From positions 2,853-66,852 of the forward strand of contig DAYD01000016.1 in assembly GCA_002506755.1 (NCBI GenBank): DNA of 64,000 nucleotides, given 5' to 3'. Position 1 is the first letter of the stretch; every line of letters begins with the position of its first letter. The translations under genes and the position numbers were made by a program. Origin of the DNA: Euryarchaeota archaeon UBA462 (GTDB lineage Archaea > Thermoplasmatota > Poseidoniia > Poseidoniales > Thalassarchaeaceae). Under the pieces are notes generated by a model. It saw only the letters and a program-made list of their open reading frames with translations. It was not told where the DNA came from and searched no databases. Positions 58,365 through 64,000 of the stretch are shown one piece after another.

Positions 58365-60308
58365 GTGAAAGTTGGCGGCATTAGACCATTCCTAGCTCTA
58401 GCATTATTAGTTTCATCCGCCGCCGTGGGACTTAATTCTGAAGTAGTTAATGACACTATAAGATCCTCACCGGAAACAGAAGAGTCGTCTGATTCTAATA
58501 TCGTGGGCCTATACTCAGATGAAAAATGGCCTATACTCAGGGTCGAAATGCCTAACAAACCATTTCCAAATACGTTACTTGAAGACTTATTCACTGGAGA
58601 ATTTTCCGCTAATGAGTACATCTCACAAATGAGTGGTGGTGATTCTACTTTGAATGAAACATTGATTCCTGGTGTGTGGCAATCCCCTTACCCCGAATCA
58701 TATTGGGGCAAGGACTCTAATTCTGAAAGAGATGTTGGCGAAAATGGCGGGGGGGCTAAGATTTTAGCCGAACAAACCATACTTTCACTGATGAGTGACA
58801 TGAATCTATCTAAATGGGACTTAGATGGGGATTATGTTATTGATCGGTTGCTAATCCTACATTCTGGTCAACCGCAAGAAATAGGAGGACCGTCGTCTTC
58901 AATATGGAGTCACTTCTCTCCATTTGATGATTCCATAAAGATTGGTGATTTTACCTTTGAACATTATACAATGGCATCTGTCCACGGAGGTGTCGGCGTA
59001 TTAGTTCATGAGATGCTTCACCAGATGGGAGCAGTCGACCTCTACGACGTTCACAGCGATTCCCCAACTAAATCATGGCATGGTCTCGGAGATTGGGATA
59101 TTATGGCCAGCGGAAATTGGTTGGGAGATGGTGATAGGCCATCACTTCCCTCGGCATCCACATTGAATATTATTGGAGCATCAGATCCCGAAATAGTCCA
59201 CGCCTTCCAAAATAAATCCTACACATTGAGTCCAGCTTGGCTAGGAGGATCAGCAATCCGTATTGATATCGCTCCAGGAGAGATCATATGGATATCTTAC
59301 CGATCGGATTACGGCTTCGATAGCTCACTTCCGGGGCATGGGATACTAGTTGAGCAACAGGATTTATTTTTTGGTGATATGGAATCGAATTTAGTCAATA
59401 CAGACCCTACAAAGCCATGGGCCAAAGTGGTTGAGGCGGATGGCAACGATGCCCTTTTGCGAGCCCGTGACTACGGAGACAAAGATGATGTTTTTACATC
59501 TGGAGATATTATTGGCTATGGTGGTCACGAAATTAGAGATAACCGCGGAAGAACAGTACCCTGGAGGATCACAGTATCATCGATTGAAAATGAATCTGCA
59601 ATATTAAATTATGAGTATATTGGTGATCCTTCCATAACTATCTTGACGCCAAGAAATCCTATTGTACTCTTGGAAAATGAATCCTCACTCGCCAGTGTAC
59701 ATTCATCACAAGACTGTGATTTAAGCGTCCAATCATCTCTATTGGATGAAAAAATTGTTTCAATCACTGAATATGCCGAAATTGAGATTATAGAGGCTAT
59801 CGGGATTCCTAGACAAGGTACGTTGACGGGGTCCATTGGTTGTTCAGATGGTTTGGCTACGGATTACTCTTTGGAATGGTTTGTTGTAAATCACAGGTTA
59901 GACGAACAGGAGTTGGAGGAGACTATTCCATGGGATGGGCCATCTGTCGTACAATTTTATCCCACTTCGGAGGGAGAAGGTCTCAGGAACTACAGGTTCA
60001 CTCTCGATGGCCCCGTGTCTAGGATTGCCGAGGTAGTCACAACCGGAAATTACAAGCCAGGAGATCCAATTATTCTCGATGTTCAGCCAAATGGTCTTTT
60101 AGAACCAAGAATGATTGCTCGTGGAGAGTTGGTGATCATTGATACAGATAATATTGAGCAAAGAATTCCAATTGTACTTATTTCAGAAGGAGATTTGCCG
60201 TTTGGACCATTAAATTGGTTAGCAGCACCATCAAATGCAATAATGGTGGTACTGATATTACTTTCCTTTTCAATCGCAACAGGTAGAAATGAACGTACTA
60301 TTTCCTAG
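58365..60308 (+). CDS. M6 (immune inhibitor A-like) metalloprotease, membrane anchored
   Basis: DLDGDYVID..ILHSG, IWSH, HEMLHQMGAVDLYD, WDIMASG Met-turn; signal peptide and C-terminal TM. Confidence 0.88.
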   Translation: MKVGGIRPFLALALLVSSAAVGLNSEVVNDTIRSSPETEESSDSNIVGLYSDEKWPILRVEMPNKPFPNTLLEDLFTGEFSANEYISQMSGGDSTLNETLIPGVWQSPYPESYWGKDSNSERDVGENGGGAKILAEQTILSLMSDMNLSKWDLDGDYVIDRLLILHSGQPQEIGGPSSSIWSHFSPFDDSIKIGDFTFEHYTMASVHGGVGVLVHEMLHQMGAVDLYDVHSDSPTKSWHGLGDWDIMASGNWLGDGDRPSLPSASTLNIIGASDPEIVHAFQNKSYTLSPAWLGGSAIRIDIAPGEIIWISYRSDYGFDSSLPGHGILVEQQDLFFGDMESNLVNTDPTKPWAKVVEADGNDALLRARDYGDKDDVFTSGDIIGYGGHEIRDNRGRTVPWRITVSSIENESAILNYEYIGDPSITILTPRNPIVLLENESSLASVHSSQDCDLSVQSSLLDEKIVSITEYAEIEIIEAIGIPRQGTLTGSIGCSDGLATDYSLEWFVVNHRLDEQELEETIPWDGPSVVQFYPTSEGEGLRNYRFTLDGPVSRIAEVVTTGNYKPGDPIILDVQPNGLLEPRMIARGELVIIDTDNIEQRIPIVLISEGDLPFGPLNWLAAPSNAIMVVLILLSFSIATGRNERTIS

Positions 60309-61383
60309 TTGGATTGGCCCACCTAGAATCTGAGGGCGGCCTTGATACCTCTAAAAATTTCCAAGCCCCATCTAATCGTAGCGGGTATGCCCATCGTTTG
60401 TTCACCCCAGCCGCGAGCCTCGAAGATAAACACGCGTCGCTCCAATCCTCTGTACTGTATTCTCTTTTCTTGGAATATGGATCTATGACGAGCCACGGTG
60501 CATGACCTTCTCCAACGCCACCGGGATAGCATCTCCAACTAGTACCATATTTGAATCCAGATCGTGTGTTCAATCCCCTTCCCCATAAATCAAGTAAGAG
60601 ATTAGAAGACAAGCTTAACCCAATTTTAGAGGCCTGTTCCAAGGTTAAAGGCGATGATTCCAAATCCAATTCTGCCTCATAATTCCCAAGTGAATGTATG
60701 ATATTCAGCTCTGTAAAATCTACTTGTCTACCCCCATGAAGAGGTATTCCAACGGTTTCCAAGGGCCAGTCAATTACATTCGGGAAAAATGCTCCACCTG
60801 ATGCGGTATTTTTGTGATCCATTTCTACGATTTTTTTGAATAGTGATAAGTCTATAGATCCCATATTGCCTTTAATATCTGCAATATTCAATCTATATGT
60901 CACAACGGATTGCTCTTCATCCACTACCAATACTTCCGCAATTCTATCAAGTTCTGTGACCTCTTTGCACCATTCATAGAGCTCATTTTCATTGAATTTG
61001 TCTTCAGAATGAAAATATATTATCTCTGACTCTGGGAGATCTGATTTGGGGTGTTTATTTGAGGGCCACCTTAAGGCCCAACTACCTGATGCTGAGTAGA
61101 AACCCAACAAAGCAATGTTTTCCCCGATGATTACCCGATTTCCTGGGACTCTGAGTGCCTCAAGGACCGCTGCTTCCTCCAATAAACCAGACTCGTGAGT
61201 CACACTCTTAGCTAACCAATCTTGATTTGGTGGGGAAATATTTCTATGATTAATACAAAATAGCAACTCTGCTGATGATAAGATAAGTTGTCCATTATCC
61301 AGAATCCTACCCAATGCTGATTTTTCCCATAGTCTATTTACCGAAGATCCATTGAAAACCCAGCCTTGCTCGGTGTGATCCAT
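60298..61383 (-). CDS. endA: tRNA-intron endonuclease (two-unit alpha2-like)
   Basis: C-terminal RGLNTRSGFKYGTSWRCY...GHAPW...RLAAGVNKR (Tyr/His/Lys triad); N-terminal unit ending VVDEEQSVVTY. Start placed at MDHTE. Confidence 0.82.
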   Translation of the reverse strand: MDHTEQGWVFNGSSVNRLWEKSALGRILDNGQLILSSAELLFCINHRNISPPNQDWLAKSVTHESGLLEEAAVLEALRVPGNRVIIGENIALLGFYSASGSWALRWPSNKHPKSDLPESEIIYFHSEDKFNENELYEWCKEVTELDRIAEVLVVDEEQSVVTYRLNIADIKGNMGSIDLSLFKKIVEMDHKNTASGGAFFPNVIDWPLETVGIPLHGGRQVDFTELNIIHSLGNYEAELDLESSPLTLEQASKIGLSLSSNLLLDLWGRGLNTRSGFKYGTSWRCYPGGVGEGHAPWLVIDPYSKKREYSTEDWSDACLSSRLAAGVNKRWAYPLRLDGAWKFLEVSRPPSDSRWANPTRK

Positions 61384-61456
61384 ATGTACGTTCGGGAGAG
61401 ATTTAGAATTAGACGCTATCCCCAAATTTCTTTCCCTCATCCCCCTTCCGAATAAC

Positions 61457-62512
61457 ATGGATGAAGATCCAATCAAGAATAGGGATGAGAGCCTGCAGAG
61501 GCTAATATTACTTCTACGGTCCATAGAAGGTGCTCAGGTGACTCTGATTGGAGATACGATGTTAGATAGATACCACCATGGTTTTGCCAATAATCTCAAT
61601 TCAACTGCACCCGTTCCTGTTCTAAAGATCATCAGATCAGAGGAGTCAGCTGGAGCATCAGCACACATCGCTATTGGCCTCACATCATTTGGTATGAAAG
61701 TCTCATTCCACACCTTTGTGGGACAAGATTCGGAAGGAGAGGCCGTATTAAGTAGTCTAAAAACCTCTGAAGTTGATGTGGAAAATATTGTTTCCATACC
61801 AGACAGAAAGACTTTGACGAAAATTAGATTTTTTGGAAGCAGGGAAAGTCTTCTTGACAGGGAACAGATTCTTCTTCAGGCCGACAGGGGTCCAAATGAG
61901 TCATTAGACCCAGATATTTCCACTATGCTGACATCTAATGCAATGGCCTCAATGAATGATAGCTGTGCATTAGTAATTTCAGATTATGACAAAGGAGTAG
62001 TCTCTGAAGAGGGGGCCCAGAAATTAATCAAGAAAGCCAATGATTTGGGCATTCCGTCAATAGTTGATCCCAAGCTCACAGGACTTGACAAAAGCAAAGG
62101 CGCTACAGTTGTCATATTCGAGAAGAGAGGATTGTCTCTGCTCACTAGAAGAATGAATGCAAAAAATGACGAAGATGCAGGAAAAAAGCTGCTAAAAGAA
62201 TATGATTGGAATGGCATCCTAGTATTAGGAGGGATAGATGGGGTGTATTTGCACCATAAAGATGGCGCGAGTATACATATGCCATGCATGGCTCCAGTAG
62301 CACGCCAACAAATTGGCATGCACGATGCCGCAGCAGCTTCTTTGGCAGCGGCTCTCGGTGCAGAACTTTCACTTCATGATGCTGCACTATTGGCATCGGC
62401 AGCATGCGAATGCGTACTATCGGCAAGTACAAGTCAGGAATACATAGACAGCTCTACTTTGACGCTATGGCTGGATGAGTTATCTTGGCAGATGAGAATT
62501 TCTGATAGATAA
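61457..62512 (+). CDS. PfkB-family sugar kinase, HldE/RfaE kinase-domain-like (divergent)
   Basis: IGDTMLDRY, APVPVL, ISDYDKGVV, VDPK; the PfkB GAGD motif reads GMHD. Confidence 0.75.
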   Translation: MDEDPIKNRDESLQRLILLLRSIEGAQVTLIGDTMLDRYHHGFANNLNSTAPVPVLKIIRSEESAGASAHIAIGLTSFGMKVSFHTFVGQDSEGEAVLSSLKTSEVDVENIVSIPDRKTLTKIRFFGSRESLLDREQILLQADRGPNESLDPDISTMLTSNAMASMNDSCALVISDYDKGVVSEEGAQKLIKKANDLGIPSIVDPKLTGLDKSKGATVVIFEKRGLSLLTRRMNAKNDEDAGKKLLKEYDWNGILVLGGIDGVYLHHKDGASIHMPCMAPVARQQIGMHDAAAASLAAALGAELSLHDAALLASAACECVLSASTSQEYIDSSTLTLWLDELSWQMRISDR

Positions 62513-62557
62513 TCAACATGGGATGACGTTCAATACTACCTGTTAACGCGGAGTTTT

Positions 62558-64000
62558 ATGGGCAGGGATCGGTTGGAATTGAGATTACCTATCGCTCTGA
62601 TTATATTCTTATCCGCTTTATCCCTCCAATCCGTCGTTTCTGCAGAAGATAGCACTCCTGGCAATCCGATAATTATTGATCATTCGTTGGAAAAAGGAAT
62701 ATTATTGACGTCGACAATATCATTTACGGTATTCATAGAAAATGAAGTCGAGCCAGATTTAGTACATTGGGAGTTGCATTCAGGTGTTAATTCTGTTTTA
62801 TTCCAAGATGTAACAGATTCGATTTATCTTTTAGATGGGAATCAAAGTAGATCTGTTTGGACATTTGAGATCTCGATAGAAGCCCAGACAATTCCCTCCT
62901 GTTCATGTATACTCTCAATCAAGGCCCAAGAGTCAGAATTAGAACCAATTCAGCATTACCAATCAATTTTCATAATACACAATGACAATGACGCTGCGAC
63001 TTCAGAAGTGTTGCCACCAACGGTCTATTTGCCAGACAACATCCACGATAACTGGGCTACAGACATCCAATACTTATATGGGATTTCAAGTACACAAGAT
63101 GGTTCGATTCCAGAAATTTCGTATACATTGAGACAATCTAACTATATCAAATGCGATAACTATGAGGATGCTCTAACAACTCTAGATTCGGAACGAATTT
63201 ACCCAGAAGTTTTATGGGAAACAGAGGAATTCTCAATCCCAATAGATGTATCGGAATTTCCTGATGGATGGGTTGATGTCATTGTAAGTAGCAGAGACCC
63301 ATTCAGTACATTCGAGTCGGAGTATTGTGTCCCTATTCGAGTAGATAATACCCCTCCAACTTCGCATATAAACGGCCCCAAACACACTTATGAGGGCATA
63401 ATTCCAATTACATTCTATGCATCAAATTCTTCTGATCAATATTGGGGGATTGGGGGCATAGTTTACGTCTGGTCAGTTTACGAAGTCTTGGACGATTACA
63501 ATAGGCATATCATGGTCGAATCGGGTACTGATATTAGGTCTATTACAGTCGAAATTAACACATCTAGTACCTATCTGATTTCTCTGACATCGATTGATAA
63601 TGCCGGCAACTCCTATACAGATCTATTGACATTTGATGTTGAGAATCAACACCCCATAGCTAGGCTTCTAATCGATGGAGAACCTGTATACGATGGTGAT
63701 GAGATATCCATCTCAAAGGAGCTAAGCGTTTTTGTCGATGCATCGTTTTCAAGCGATACACAGAATGATCAAAATTCATTGAGGTATATATGGAGGATAA
63801 ATAACATACCAGTATACGAAGGTGAAAATAGAGATCTAAGCTGGCCGGCCGACGTACAAAGTGAATTCTTGCTAAGTCTGGAAGTAATAGATGACAACTC
63901 AGCTTCATCGATGATATCAATAAAAGTTGTAGATAACCAAAGTGATGGCTCACCTCCTTTTGTTCTAATTGGCTTCATACTTTCCTGCTTGTTTTTGATA
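62558..64000 (+). CDS. Cell-surface protein with Ig/PKD-like domains (runs off the window end)
   Basis: Not in the ORF track. ATG 62558, signal peptide MGRDRLELRLPIALIIFLSALSLQSVVSA; VDNTPP, DNAGN, ENQPPIARL, DASFSSD..ND..SLRYIW PKD-like motifs; TM helix beginning at the window end. Confidence 0.75.
   Translation, partial: MGRDRLELRLPIALIIFLSALSLQSVVSAEDSTPGNPIIIDHSLEKGILLTSTISFTVFIENEVEPDLVHWELHSGVNSVLFQDVTDSIYLLDGNQSRSVWTFEISIEAQTIPSCSCILSIKAQESELEPIQHYQSIFIIHNDNDAATSEVLPPTVYLPDNIHDNWATDIQYLYGISSTQDGSIPEISYTLRQSNYIKCDNYEDALTTLDSERIYPEVLWETEEFSIPIDVSEFPDGWVDVIVSSRDPFSTFESEYCVPIRVDNTPPTSHINGPKHTYEGIIPITFYASNSSDQYWGIGGIVYVWSVYEVLDDYNRHIMVESGTDIRSITVEINTSSTYLISLTSIDNAGNSYTDLLTFDVENQHPIARLLIDGEPVYDGDEISISKELSVFVDASFSSDTQNDQNSLRYIWRINNIPVYEGENRDLSWPADVQSEFLLSLEVIDDNSASSMISIKVVDNQSDGSPPFVLIGFILSCLFLI

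Noticed and set aside
116-63978. Numerous 60-180 aa ORFs nested in or antisense to assigned genes
   Set aside because: They lack recognisable motifs and overlap well-supported genes; treated as shadow ORFs.

Overview
Gene-dense archaeal chromosomal region of about 60 genes plus one tRNA. The mix of archaeal information-processing genes (SBDS/exosome operon, uS12-uS7-EF2, PriS, proteasome beta, aCPSF1, tRNA splicing endonuclease) with bacterial-type metabolic genes (RluA-family pseudouridine synthase, thyA-folA, plsC, pntAB, futalosine mqnE/A/D, thiolase) and an IDI1-GGPPS fusion suggests a Marine Group II (Poseidoniales-like) euryarchaeon. That assignment is an inference. I saw no CRISPR array, transposase, integrase or rRNA. 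The most striking signal is a 159-aa HEAT protein (28660-29139, minus), overlapping the mqnD stop, that looks like one half of eukaryotic deoxyhypusine hydroxylase (two HE motifs 33 aa apart plus the SVDPAPP linker). It is a candidate homodimeric archaeal DOHH. Other oddities are an archaellin-like protein with an inserted beta/gamma-crystallin domain, a polyproline/EF-hand protein, a periodic TGCAAATTA motif in a divergent promoter, and divergent TatC, HldE-like and CoaBC proteins. All family calls come from motif recognition by eye; no searches were run.
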